A stretch of 64,000 nucleotides of DNA from Macrostomum lignano (GCA_002269645.1 NIVC01001302.1:62001-126000); one strand, 5' to 3'. Shown: positions 1-13,120, numbered from the stretch's first letter. A program made the numbers and translations. Notes: generated by a model not told the origin, from the letters alone.

Positions 1-830
1 ATAACAGTCTACAGTGTACAGACTGTAGTCTATGGCTTACAGATAACAGTCTACAGTGTACAGACTGTAGTCTATGGTTTACAGATAACAGTCTACAGTG
101 TACAGACTGTAGTCTATGGTTTACAGACTGTAGTCTATGGTTTACAGATAACAGTCTACAGTTTACAGACTGTAGTCTATGGCTTACAGATAACAGTCTA
201 CAGTTTACAGACTGTGGTCTATGGCTTACAGATAACAGTCTACAGTTTACAGACTGTGGTCTATGGCTTACAGATAACAGTCTACAGTTTACAGACTGTA
301 GTCTATGGCTTACAGATAACAGTCTACAGTTTACAGACTGTAGTCTATGGCTTACAGATAACAGTCTACAGTTTACAGACTGTAGTCTATGGCTTACAGA
401 TAACAGTCTACAGTTTACAGACTGTGGTCTATGGCTTACAGATAACAGTCTACAGTTTACAGACTGTGGTCTATGGCTTACAGATAACAGTCTACAGTTT
501 ACAGACTGTAGTCTATGGTTTACAGATAACAGTCTACAGTTTACAGACTGTAGTCTATGGCTTACAGATAACAGTCTACAGTTTACAGACTGTGGTCTAT
601 GGCTTACAGATAACAGTCTACAGTTTACAGACTGTGGTCTATGGCTTACAGATAACAGTCTACAGTTTACAGACTGTGGTCTATGGCTTACAGATAACAG
701 TCTACAGTTTACAGACTGTAGTCTATGGCTTACAGATAACAGTCTACAGTTTACAGACTGTGGTCTATGGTTTACAGATAACAGTCTACAGTTTACAGAC
801 TATAATTTACAGTTTATAGATTACAGACTA
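1..830 (+). repeat. 42-bp tandem minisatellite built from 7-bp subunits
   Basis: Unit acagtct-acagttt-acagact-gtagtct-atggctt-acagata repeats from the window start and decays after about 800. ORF 214..819 (VVYGLQITVYSLQT)n is just its translation. Confidence 0.95.
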
Positions 831-1354
831 TAGTAGAAAATTTACAGACTAAAAACTACAGACTACAGTCTACAAACAACAAACTACAGTCCACAGACTA
901 CACGTCACTACAGGCTAGGATTGCTTCATTTGTTACTAGTCTATATTTCGCATCCGAAGTGGCAGGTTTAAGTTGGCCGCACTTGCTAGGTCAGCCTTCT
1001 GATACAAATTGGTACCAGCTTGATAATAATTTTGCTTTTTTACTTATGCTTATTCTACAGTGTAGGGTGCAGACTTAACTTTAGCTAGCAGATAATATTG
1101 TGGTAAATATTGAAATGGCTCGACAGTCAGAAGCTTATCATCTGGACGCGATCTTTGTCACTAAAAATGCTCTTAAAGCCAGTCGCTTCGTCTCCGCTAG
1201 AGTGTAGGCTGCGGTATCGACCAGCGAAATGCCACGAGCCCTGCGTGCCAGCCATGCTTGCTAAATGCTGTTTCACTGCTGCACCGTTTAATAAATTGCT
1301 TCAAATATGCTGTCTATGCCGACATTTGCATTTGGATATGCTGCTGGCTCTGGG

Positions 1355-1950
<596 letters not shown>

Positions 1951-2317
1951 CCATTGTCTATTTGATGTCTGTTTCAGTGCTATTATTTGCCTGTCTGTAT
2001 ATCTGTCTGTCCACCTCTCCTGTTTCTCCTCTCTTCCCTTCTCCAGTCTGCTCGGAGCATTTGAAAGTCAAGCCTGCATGCAGACAGGCAGCTCGCAGGC
2101 CACGTGGCAACTGTTTGATATTCAAAAGGCAATCCTTACTGCAATAACACATGCATATGGCAGGCGGGCCGGGCGCTCATTGGCTGAAAGTTGATCAAAG
2201 CTACTGGCCTCCTCCAGTCTATATTAGCAGAGCACAGCAGAGGCCACCACCCACCAGCAACTCCCTGCTTCCCTGCCTGTCGCTGACACAAGACCAACCG
2301 GGACTAACAAAGCAAGC

Positions 2318-3498
2318 ATGAGCTATCGAAAGCTGTTCAGCGCCTGCTTGTCACTGCGCGGCAACAATGGCTCAGCTGACTCTGAGGAAACTCATGGCCC
2401 GCATCTACCGGACCCCAGTCAGCAACCCAGCAGTGGTAGCAGCAAAGGCAGCGACGACAACAAAGGTTCGTCTTCAACCAGATGCCGGAGACGGCGGGAA
2501 CGATGCCCCAAGTGCCGCGGGCTGCTGCCTCTGGCGGCGGAGCAGCGGCACCGCCGGCTGAAGACGACCGACACTTCGCCGCTGCCGCAGCCGGTTCTGG
2601 TTCCGGTCGGCTTCCGGCGGGGAAACCGCGCCGAAGCGAAGGAGGACTCCGGTTGCTATGATCAGGTGAGGCGGCTATTCTGATTGACCTCAGCGGGAGA
2701 TGGAAAAAAAATGGCAGTATGTGAGATTGGAGAGTATTTGTTGAGATTGGATGGCATTGGGTGAGATTGGATGCAGCATTGGGTGAGATTGGATGGCATT
2801 GGGTGAGATTAAATAGCACTAGATAAGATGAGATTTGATTTTTTGAAATTAGATGAAGATCTATGAGTTTGGATGGGGTGCTATTTGAGCAGATGTAACT
2901 TTTGTGAGATTAGATGAGATTTAGCTGATATTAGACGGGACTGCGTGATATTAAATGGTATTTTGTTAGATTAGATGCGAGTTTGGTGAGTTTAGATGGA
3001 ATTTTTTGTGAGATTAGATATAATTTAGGTGAGATTAGCTAGGATTATGTAAGAATATTTGTGATCAAGCAAAGATTGTAAATAGTGAGACAGAGAGATC
3101 TTCAAGAGAGATTAGAACTAGAGATTAGACATCTTAAACCGACCATCAAATCTGCCAAAAAAATCCCGCAGCTTCAGGCGTCCCAGCCAGTCGTACGAGA
3201 TCGGCACCGCCGCCAGCAGGTGTGCGAGGACTCCGGAATCGAGGACACCAGCAGCGGAGCTTTGGAGACATCGGCGGTGAGTCCGCCATCATCTCTGCAG
3301 CCGCTTCCGGCCAAACCATCCTCCACTTCCGGCTCGGACAGCTCGGCCGCCCTGATCGCCCAGCTCACCCAGCAGACCAGGTGGGTCCCCAGGCTGCCAA
3401 ACCGGCAAGCGCCGTTCGACGAAATGAGTCAGCAAAGATTTCTGGCTGCCAAACGTTTGGCGCTGCAGTGCGACGCTGAGCGTTTTGGTAAAAACTGA
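2318..3498 (+). CDS. putative spliced orphan gene (exon 2318-2665 joined to exon starting at 3172), Ser/Pro-rich, unknown function
   Basis: ATG at 2318 and GC-rich coding-like sequence. Donor CAG|GTGAG at 2665/2666 and acceptor CGCAG| at 3171 join in phase 0 (..GCYDQ|LQASQ..). Exon 2 ends either at donor CAG|GTGGGT (3380) or at the stop at 3498. No recognisable domain. Confidence 0.4.
2700..3125 (+). repeat. degenerate GAGATT-rich repeat inside the putative intron
   Basis: Recurring gtgagattggat/gagattagat motifs. Confidence 0.6.
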
Positions 3499-3610
3499 CT
3501 TTTCTTAGACTTCTTTATTTAATAGCGATTTTTGCACCTAGTCAGGTCAATAGAATGAGCTTCAATGGACGCCGAAATGATCTTTTTTTGCAAAGATTGA
3601 ACTAAGGCTT

Positions 3611-6287
3611 TAGCAGGCGCTAAAATGTAGCTTCAGGAGGCGCCAAACTGTAGCTTCAGGAGGCGCTAAACTGTAGCTTCAGGAGGCGCCAAACTGTAGC
3701 TTTAGGAGGCGCCAAACTGTAGCTTCAGGAGGCGCCAAACTGTAGCTTCAGCAGGTGCCAAACTGTAGCTTCAGGAGGCGCCAAACTGTAGCTTCAGGAG
3801 GCGCCAAACTGTAGCTTCAGCAGGTGCCAAACTGTAGCTTCAGGAGGCGCCAAACTGTAGCTTCAGGAGGCGCTAAACTGTAGATTCAGCAGGCGCTAAA
3901 CTATAGCTTCAGGAGGCGCCAAATTTTAGCTTCAGAAGGCGCCAAACTGTAGCTTCAGGAGGCGCCAAACTGTAGCTTCAGGAGGGGCCAAACTGTAGCT
4001 TCAGCAGGCGCCAAACTATAACTTCAGGAGGCGCCAAATTTTAGCTTCAGGAGGCGCTAAACTGTAGCTTCAGGAGGCGCTAGACTGTAGCTTCAGCAGG
4101 CGCCAAACTGTAGCTTCAGGACGCGCTAGACTGTAGCTTCAGGAGGCGCTAAACTGTAGCTTCAGCAGGCGCCAAACTGTAGCTTCAGCAGGCGCCAAAC
4201 TGTAGCTTCAGGAGGCGCCAAACTGTAGCTTCAGCAGGCGCCAAACTGTAGCTTCAGAAGGCGCCAAACTGTAGCTTCAGGAGGCGCCAAACTGTAGCTT
4301 CAGCAGGTGCCAAACTGTAGCTTCAGGAGGCGCCAAACTGTAGCTTCAGGAGGCGCTAAACTGTAGATTCAGCAGGCGCTAAACTATAGCTTCAGGAGGC
4401 GCCAAATTTTAGCTTCAGAAGGCGCCAAACTGTAGCTTCAGGAGGCGCCAAACTGTAGCTTCAGGAGGGGCCAAACTGTAGCTTCAGGAGGCGCCAAATT
4501 TTAGCTTCAGGAGGCGCTAAACTGTAGCTTCAGGAGGCGCTAGACTGTAGCTTCAGGAGGCGCTAAACTGTAGCTTCAGGACGCGCTAAACTGTAGCTTT
4601 AGGAGGCGCTAAACTGTAGCTTTAGGAGGCGCCAAACTGTAGCTTCAGGAGGCGCCAAACTGTAGCTTCAGGAGGCGCCAAACTGTAGCTTCAGGAGGCG
4701 CCAAACTGTAGCTTCAGGAGGCGCCAAACTGTAGCTTCAGGAGGCGCCAAACTGTAGCTTCAGGAGGCGCCAAACTGTAGATTCAACATGCGCTAAACTA
4801 TAGCTTCAGGAGGCGCCAAACTATAACTTCAGGAGGCGCCAAATTTTAGCTTCAGGAGGCGCTAAACTGTAGCTTCAGCAGGCGCCAAACTGTAGCTTCA
4901 GCAGGCGCCAAACTGTAGCTTCAGTAGGCGCCAAACTGTAGCTTCAGCAGGCGCCAAACTGTAGCTTCAGGACGCGCTAGACTGTAGCTTCAGGAGGCGC
5001 TAAACTGTAGCTTCAGGAGGCGCCAAACTGTAGCTTTAGGAGGCGCCAAACTGTAGCTTCAGGAGGCGCAAAACTGTAGCTTCAGGAGGCGCTAAACTGT
5101 AGCTTCAGCAGGCGCCAAACTGTAGCTTCAGGACGCGCTAGACTGTAGCTTCAGGAGGCGCTAAACTGTAGCTTCAGCAGGCGCCAAACTGTAGCTTCAG
5201 CAGGCGCCAAACTGTAGCTTCAGGAGGCGCCAAACTGTAGCTTCAGCAGGCGCCAAACTGTAGCTTCAGAAGGCGCCAAACTGTAGCTTCAGGAGGCGCC
5301 AAACTGTAGCTTCAGCAGGTGCCAAACTGTAGCTTCAGGAGGCGCCAAACTGTAGCTTCAGGAGGCGCTAAACTGTAGATTCAGCAGGCGCTAAACTATA
5401 GCTTCAGGAGGCGCCAAATTTTAGCTTCAGAAGGCGCCAAACTGTAGCTTCAGGAGGCGCCAAACTGTAGCTTCAGGAGGGGCCAAACTGTAGCTTCAGG
5501 AGGCGCCAAATTTTAGCTTCAGGAGGCGCTAAACTGTAGCTTCAGGAGGCGCTAGACTGTAGCTTCAGGAGGCGCTAAACTGTAGCTTCAGGACGCGCTA
5601 AACTGTAGCTTTAGGAGGCGCTAAACTGTAGCTTTAGGAGGCGCCAAACTGTAGCTTCAGGAGGCGCCAAACTGTAGCTTCAGGAGGCGCCAAACTGTAG
5701 CTTCAGGAGGCGCCAAACTGTAGCTTCAGGAGGCGCCAAACTGTAGATTCAACATGCGCTAAACTATAGCTTCAGGAGGCGCCAAACTATAACTTCAGGA
5801 GGCGCCAAATTTTAGCTTCAGGAGGCGCTAAACTGTAGCTTCAGCAGGCGCCAAACTGTAGCTTCAGCAGGCGCCAAACTGTAGCTTCAGTAGGCGCTAA
5901 ACTGTAGCTTCAGCAGGCGCCAAACTGTAGCTTCAGGACGCGCTAGACTGTAGCTTCAGGAGGCGCTAAACTGTAGCTTCAGGAGGCGCCAAACTGTAGC
6001 TTCAGGAGGCGCCAAACTGTAGCTTCAGGAGGCGCAAAACTGTAGCTTCAGGAGGCGCTAAACTGTAGCTTCAGCAGGCGCCAAACTGTAGCTTCAGGAC
6101 GCGCTAGACTGTAGCTTCAGGAGGCGCTAAACTGTAGCTTCAGCAGGCGCCAAACTGTAGCTTCAGCAGGCGCCAAACTGTAGCTTCAGGAGGCGCCAAA
6201 CTGTAGCTTCAGCAGGCGCCAAACTGTAGCTTCAGAAGGCGCCAAACTGTAGCTTCAGGAGGCGCTAAAATCTAGCTTCAGAAGGCG
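3611..6287 (+). repeat. 23-bp minisatellite (agcttcaggaggcgccaaactgt)n with higher-order block duplications
   Basis: About 115 monomers. Variant markers recur at exact multiples of 23 bp (3883/4366/5378 and 4780/5746). Confidence 0.96.
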
Positions 6288-6879
6288 TCAAAGGTATCAC
6301 TTCGGCCCCTAAAGTGAGTTCAGTTCGTCGCGACCGTATTTTATTTTGAAGTTATTATTGGCGCCAAAAGTTTTACACGCAAAATGTGTTGTCAAATTTT
6401 TGTTTGTATTTCTTGTACCAATAAAATGTGGAAACTAAGAGAGTTATAAAATGTTATTATTTCCTAAATTATAAATATTTCTCATTGATTTGTCTTTATT
6501 GCATTCATAGCAATATGCCATACTTGTATACAACAGCCCATTGTCGAGTGTTATAATTTTTTTAATTGTACTTGCATGCCCAATACACATTCCTTTGTTT
6601 AACCGAGCGCCATCTGATGAGCAAATTATTAAAACTACATAATTAACAGATTAGTTTCATTGTAAAATAACGCAGCCAGTTTGATAATTAACAGGTACAT
6701 TTTATCGTCAAACGTCTCACATCGATTATAATGTTAACACGATCTTCTGTTTGCATATTGCCAACAATGCGATTTCTCATTCTAGCAAAACTCTTGCTTG
6801 CAAACCAAGGAATAAAACAAACTTTTAACTCATTGATTGATTTGCTTTCTATTTTTATTTGTGCTTCTGCCTGAACTCA

Positions 6880-7620
6880 GAGGGTTTGTTGGTGTCCACC
6901 TGTCCTTGGAGGGTTTGTTGGTGTCTGCCTGTCCTCAGAGGGTTTGTTGGTGTCTGCCTGTCCTCAGAGGGTTTGTTGGTGTCCACCTGTCCTTAGAGGG
7001 TTTGTTGGTGTCCGCCTGTCCTCAGAGGGTTTGTTGGTGTCCACCTGTCCTTAGAGGGTTTGTTGGTGTCCGCCTGTCCTCAGAGGGTTTGTTGGTGTCC
7101 ACCTGTCCTCAGAGGGTTTGTTGGTGTCTGCCTGTCTGTCACCCTGTCCTCAGAGGGTTTGTTGGTGTCTGCCTGTCCTCAGAGGGTTTGTTGGTGTCTG
7201 CCTGTCCTCAGAGGGTTTGTTGGTGTCTGCCTGTCTGTCACCCTGTCCTCAGAGGGTTTGTTGGTGTCTGCCTGTCCTCAGAGGGTTTGTTGGTGTCTGC
7301 CTGTCTGTCACCCTGTCCTCAGAGGGTTTGTTGGTGTCTGCCTGTCCTCAGAGGGTTTGTTGGTGTTTGCCTGTCTGTCACCCTGTCCTCAGAGGGTTTG
7401 TTGGTGTCTGCCTGTCTGTCACCCTGTCCTCAGAGGGTTTGTTGGTGTCTGCCTGTCTGTCACCCTGTCCTCAGAGGGTTTGTTGGTGTCTGCCTGTCCT
7501 CAGAGGGTTTGTTGGTGTCTGCCTGTCTGTCACCCTGTCCTCAGAGGGTTTGTTTGTGTCTGCCTGTCTGTCACCCTGTCCTCAGAGGGTTTTTTCGTGT
7601 CTGCCTGTCCTCAGAAGACT
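6880..7620 (+). repeat. 29/41-bp minisatellite (cctgtcctcagagggtttgttggtgtctg, with or without a 12-bp insert)
   Basis: 29-bp period early in the array; later units carry an added tctgtcaccctg. Confidence 0.93.
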
Positions 7621-8435
7621 TGCTGGTGTTCACTTGTGCTCAGAGAATTTTTGCGCTTCTGTACTTTCTCGTCTCTCGGTGACAAGTGCACTCTTGCCTC
7701 CAATCTGTTACGAGCTAGCGTGTTCTACTGTAACACTGTCAATGCCTGGTAAATTTTCTAATTCCAGCCAAACAAGTAGAGGGCATGCAATGCACACCCT
7801 TTTTAACAGATCCGAACTCGGTAGTCCTTGGTTGTAACTATGGCAAAAAACACGTGTCTCGTGTCTTTTTTAGCTTCCCTAATTCTAGATCCTCATGGAC
7901 TGGAAAAAATAAAAGTGCAAATAGGACGCCTGGCAAAGAAAATTTTTAACAACAGATGTGGGACTCTGATTAGCGTGCATCTTGAAACTGGGTCGTATAT
8001 CAGAACTTCGCAACTAACAATACTCGTATTTATCCTGATCTGATTCAACCGAAATGTCGCATTATTATTTTGTAGAGAACTACAATCTATCTAGAGATAA
8101 TAATTATATCTTAAATTCGTTATAATTGAGCGAAAAGTTTACGAAAACAATAAGTCTTACAAAGATTTTTCGCTGCACCAGAACGGACCAATGCATGCGA
8201 CACACGACATTCAATAACATGGGCTAACTTTTTTTCGCACCCTCTCAAACAAGAATCAAGTCGCCAGCCCTCCAGACCGTCGAGATACTCGACGATTCTG
8301 CCAGAAGGTCGAGTTTTTCCCATAAGCGCTAGTGCATTCAGTACACCCCTGTGCGACAATCAAATTTGGAGGCCTTGCCAAGCCTCCAAATTTCATCAGC
8401 ACGTCGACCACATGTGTCTGCATCAGTTCTGACTT

Positions 8436-9101
8436 CATAGGCGTTGGAACGGGGGGGGGCCAGTGGGGCCATGGCCCCCCACTTTTTAAAATGGGGGGCC
8501 AGTAATTGTATCTGGTCCCTCCACATTTTAAATGTAAAATGTAGACTTCTTGCTTATTTTTGGTTTTTGCTGATTTGCATGAATGCATTTTGCTGCAGGG
8601 TGACAAAACATAGCGCCTGCAGCGCCAAAATGAGTGCCTGCAGCGCTAAAATGAGTGCCTGCGGCGCTAAAATGAGTGCCTGCGGCGCTAAAATGAGTGC
8701 CTGCAGCGCCAAAATGAGTGCCTGCAGCGCTAAAATGAGTGCCTGCAGCGCCAAAATGAGTGCCTGCAGCGCTAAAATGAGCGCCTGCAGCGCCAAAATG
8801 AGTGCCTGCAGCGCTAAAATGAGTGCCTGCGGCGCTAAAATGAGTGCCTGCGGCGCCAAAATGAGTGCCTGCAGCGCCAAAATGAGTGCCTGCGGCGCTA
8901 AAATGAGTGCCTGCGTCGCTAAAATGAGTGCCTGCGGCGCTTTATAAAAGTGTGCTGACAATACGGATTCTGAAAATAATCGGTACATGATAATGTGCAT
9001 TTTCCATATAAAAAAATTCAACTCGACGGGGGCGTGCGCCCCCCCCCCTAAATCCGCCACTGAACCTGGCCCCCACTTTTTGAAATGTTCCTACGCCTAT
9101 G
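8436..9101. mobile_element. non-autonomous hAT-type MITE (666 bp) carrying a 21-bp minisatellite
   Basis: 15-bp TIRs cataggcgttggaac / gttcctacgcctatg (1 mismatch). Perfect 8-bp TSD TCTGACTT at 8428-8435 and 9102-9109. Confidence 0.9.
8612..8943 (+). repeat. 21-bp minisatellite (cctgcagcgctaaaatgagtg)n
   Basis: About 16 units inside the MITE; gives the (SACSAKM)n ORF. Confidence 0.95.
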
Positions 9102-9914
9102 TCTGACTTCATCGGTCACTGGCCTTCACCTAGGCGGAGCTTCTGGACCTTCAACAGGTGGCACCAGGTGACTATGGACTGCACCCTGATGCGAATTTCT
9201 CTAGTTTCGCTGATCAAGCCTCGACAGTGGGCAAACCTCAACTGCTGGACATCCTCAGCCAGTCTCTCAAGCATTCCGTTATCACCCCGACGCCGTCGGT
9301 ACCTTCAATAGATTGAACCCGCGTTGCTCCGTTCCGGCGCAGCAAAAAAGTAATTGTCAGGGGAGGGGATCCCCCACCTTGGTAGTACAATGGGCGGAAA
9401 AATGGCTTGGTTATTCATGATTACTCATAGTCGGTGCTGCCCCCAAGAGAGAATTGAAATTATATTTTAAGGTATGGCGGGAATGGCGCCACCACCAAGC
9501 TGACTATTGAAGGCAATAAATCTTCCTAACTTTGCTAAGCCCGAAGCAAACGGCTTTCAAGTGTGGAGACAACACAAGCTACAATGTATGCTGTATATCT
9601 TCTAAGGCAAACTTTGACAAATATGAGACAATAGCTTTGATCGACCTTCTTTGACCAAGGTCCAAGAGGCTATATATTAGGATAATAATTTATGCGTCCA
9701 ACAATTGTGCTGAATAGTTTGACTCGCATGTTAAAAGAATACGAATTCAGCTGATCAATTTTGACTTTTAGTTAACTCTCGTGAATTTTCTAGCCAATAT
9801 TCAGTATCAAAATATACTACTTACACTATGTAGTAGTGACAAAGATAAAGGAAGCTCTTAAAAATTAATTAGGTATAATTTTTGTGTGAATTTAATCGAG
9901 TTTTCGAGTCTGTG

Positions 9915-10100
9915 CCTATGAAGAATTCTCACGACTGAAAGGTCGGGGGTTCGTATCTCGACCCACTCGGAACAATTTGTGTCCAGGAGTAAGACATTTA
10001 AAGCTGCATTGCTTCAGTTCACCCAGCTGTAAAATGGGTGCCAGCATTAGCTGTGGTAATTGAAGCTGTGTGTGGCGACCCCCCCCCCCTGACCAAACCG
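9915..10100 (+). mobile_element. degenerate tRNA-derived SINE with a CORE/Meta-like central domain
   Basis: B-box-like ggttcgtatct at 9948-9958. The segment ttgtgtcc..aagaca..cattgcttcagttcacccagctgtaaaatgggtgcc (about 9976-10042) resembles conserved SINE central domains as I recall them. Confidence 0.55.
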
Positions 10101-10500
10101 TGGACTGAACAGCCGTACTACGCACCCTTCAGATGCTCCACGCAATAACTGCGGCTGGGCTGTCGGTTGCACATTTGCCCATTGGGGCCGGTGATCGGCA
10201 TGTGTAATCCATATTATTCTTTTAGCATGACAAGCGACAGGATGGAGATGAGTCGGTATGAGCCACCGAGAGAGGAGTCCCTACTGGGCTTTCGGCAACA
10301 GAAAAAACTTTGGCGGACGTCAAGGTGGACGGAAAGACGCTGGAGCGGACGCAGAGATTGAAAAGCATGCAAAGGAATGCAATTTCTTTGGGTCTCAGGT
10401 GTTTCACTGGGCAGAGGCCATCTGATCCTATGGCTTTGGAGGTAGCGGTGCTCTTGATGAGTTTGAGGGCTTCATCCGTTGTGACGATGGGGCAACCAAA
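10100..10500 (-). pseudogene. degraded non-LTR reverse transcriptase fragment
   Basis: Minus-strand pieces TTDEALKLIKSTATSKAIGSDGL..KHLRPKEIAFLCMLFNLCVRSSVFP and SYRLISILSL match the RT N-terminal pattern KAPGPDG...LFN...P..W...SYRPISLLS, with frameshifts. Confidence 0.7.
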
Positions 10501-10776
10501 AGGAGCAAGGTTGCGAAATTTTTGGCTGACCTGACGGTCACGAAGCGAAATTGGTGGTTTCGTCTCGTCCAGGAAGGTATTGAACTAGAGCGATGGCGTT
10601 AGCTGTCAGCAAGATTTTTTGTAAGCACGGTGAGCCGGCGAGGGGGCAGGTCCCGAAGGTCGGAGGAAAAAGATGTCGCATGCGGCTCTTGTCTGCTAAG
10701 GGAAACCAAAGATCTTGCTCATAAGGTAGCACCGCGGTGTAGACGCGGTCGCAGTTTTGTGCCGCACACACGAGCT

Positions 10777-11700
10777 TCTTCTTCTTCTTCTTCTTCTGAC
10801 AGACGGGGGCCAGCGCCCCAGGCTTCGTAGGAACGAGAGCCCAAGTCCCGGAACCCGTAGGAGGCGCTCGGTATCGTTGCCGATCAGGGGCATGCGCCGA
10901 GCGTCTCCACGGGGGCAGCGGAATAAAGCGTGTTCACTGTCATCAGTCTCCCCGCAATCCGGGCATTAAGGGGAGTCGGTCAAACCCAGGCGGAGTCTTC
11001 GGCGCAGAGCATCGACGCGCCAGCCTTGAGCTGGCACACCACAGTCTGCTCTAGCCGATTTCTCGCACGGAAAGCCGGCCGGCGCGCTGGGAGGATGCTG
11101 CCTTCCAGGGCGCGCCGGTCGCGCCGAATGGCCGCCTTGGCAGCGCTGAAAGAGACCGGTGCGTCACTTTGAGACAGTCTTCTGGCCAATCCGGCAGCTC
11201 GGTCTGCCGCCTCATTGAGGGGGATGCCGCAGTGTGCCGGCACCCAAACCAACTGGATGGAAGCTGTGTTGCGGCTGATGTCGAGCAGCAGGTGCCAGCA
11301 CCTGATTGTGTTTGCAGTTTTCTGCATGGTCCAGTGGGCCTGCTTGAAGTGCCGTGAGCGAGGACAGGGATCGATCGTCCGTCGCCTGCTACTGGGCGAG
11401 ACTTTCCGGCAAATGGCGTCGTGGATCATGAGGCTATCTGCAAGCTGGTTGGAGACGATTTCAAGGCAATCCTCGGACTGTCTGATAACTGGATGCTCCG
11501 CTACTCGGACATGTCCCTTATCTCTACCAGCTATACTGTAGGTGATGTGGATCCAAATCTTCAGCTTTAAATCCTACACCACCAAGCGTAAACAGGCGAG
11601 CGGGAGCCCAGGAAATAGAGCTCCTGCACGTCACGACCCCTCCCGAGGATGTGTACCCCATCAAGGGCAAAATCGCGAAGCTGAAGCAGCCCAAATCGAT
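10777..11700 (-). mobile_element. 5'-truncated RNase H-bearing LINE (Ingi/I-group-like) with a (GAA)n tail
   Basis: RNase H motifs SLSSLTALQAGP and IQLVWVPAHCGIPLNEAADRAA; then RLEQTVVCQLKAG and a zinc knuckle CPDCGETDDSEHALFRC in shifted frames; (GAA)n tail at about 10777-10797. Confidence 0.8.
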
Positions 11701-13120
11701 CAGGACCCGGTAACAGAAGGTCACGGCTATATGCCCGTGTGACATACCCAATGTGGCCCCGTATTACTAAATAACCCATATCGCCCTTGTCACCACTCGC
11801 ATCAGCTTGTGGCATCTAAGCACAGAGAGAGGTGGGCTAACACGCCCCTGGCGGCAAATCCCGCGCGGTCCACTGCTGTCGTTCCCCGCCCGCGCCGCAG
11901 GCCTGCTAAAGGACTCAACAGTGGACAGGACAGAGAATTCATGGAATCTCTGGAGGGGACTGCGCAGCAGACACCGCGGCACCACCGGATCTCTCTGCAC
12001 GACATCGCAGCACTATAGCGCCCGTGGTCGCCAGCAAAATGGTGGGGCGTCGGCAACTGATCCAGCCTCGATCCAAACTTCATTAAAGTTTATAATATAA
12101 GGGGATTATTTGAACCCTGCATTTTCATCCTGCATTATCTTAAGACCAAGAGCTGCACTGCATTTCTGTAGAATAAAAAATTTCAGTGGTGCAATAGTAA
12201 AGATAAAAGTATTTTCATGGATTTTGTATCAAAGGACGCGATTTTTTCTAAACCTTTGGTATATTATCGAAGTACAACATTTTTCTCCTAAATTAGAAAA
12301 TTTGGCATTGTAATTTAGTTTTTTGATTAATTAAATATTTCTTAAACATAGCTAAGAATTCTGCACATTTTGACACGCAATAAAATACAATTGTATCACA
12401 GAAGTTGCAAGTTGTTATACTGCCTTTTTTCTTGGATAAGACTAATTCTAATTGACCACAACCTCAAGTATATTAGTCACCTCGCCGTCGACATCGCCTC
12501 ACGCCTCACGGCACACGTTGCTGTTGCTATGTATTTCGTGGGCCTGGATCCTAATTCTTATGTCGTTAATAAAATTAGCAAGCTACACGTGTATGCCATG
12601 TAGTATAGTCTGTACATTACCTTAAATTTTACCTTAATAAGTGACTATAATAACTACTAGAACTAGGCATAGCCTGCATAGCAATGATAGCATAGGCCCA
12701 TCTATTAGTATTATTAGGGCCTAATTTTAATAGAGATTTAGTATATTTAGATTATTACTATAGTTAGTAGTAGTGCCTAAAGGCCTATATCTTGCAAAAT
12801 GTAATTTATCTGCTTTTATAGGCCTATACTCCTTTAGGCTAGTACTATTTAAAATCAAAGGCAAAATTTATTAATATTTGGCAATCATATTTGTTCTAGG
12901 CCCCCCTACTATGCTTGAAAGACTAAATAGGCCTATCCATAGCCTTTTGTATAGAAAGATTTCTGTTTATAATAAACTAAAAATTTTTTTGTTCAATATA
13001 TGTAAAATATAGTAGGGATTACAAAACTATTGCAATATTATATAAAAAATATAGCCTATACTCTGTTCGTCTAGATCATGTAGTATATTTCCAAAAATTT
13101 TGGTATGCATTACCCATTAG

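Noticed and set aside
3611-6287. CRISPR-like appearance of the 23-51-bp arrays
   Set aside because: Monomers are contiguous with no unique spacers, there are no cas genes, and the context is eukaryotic.
8362-8393. 12-bp stem hairpin aaatttggaggc/gcctccaaattt
   Set aside because: It is an isolated palindrome with no context to interpret.
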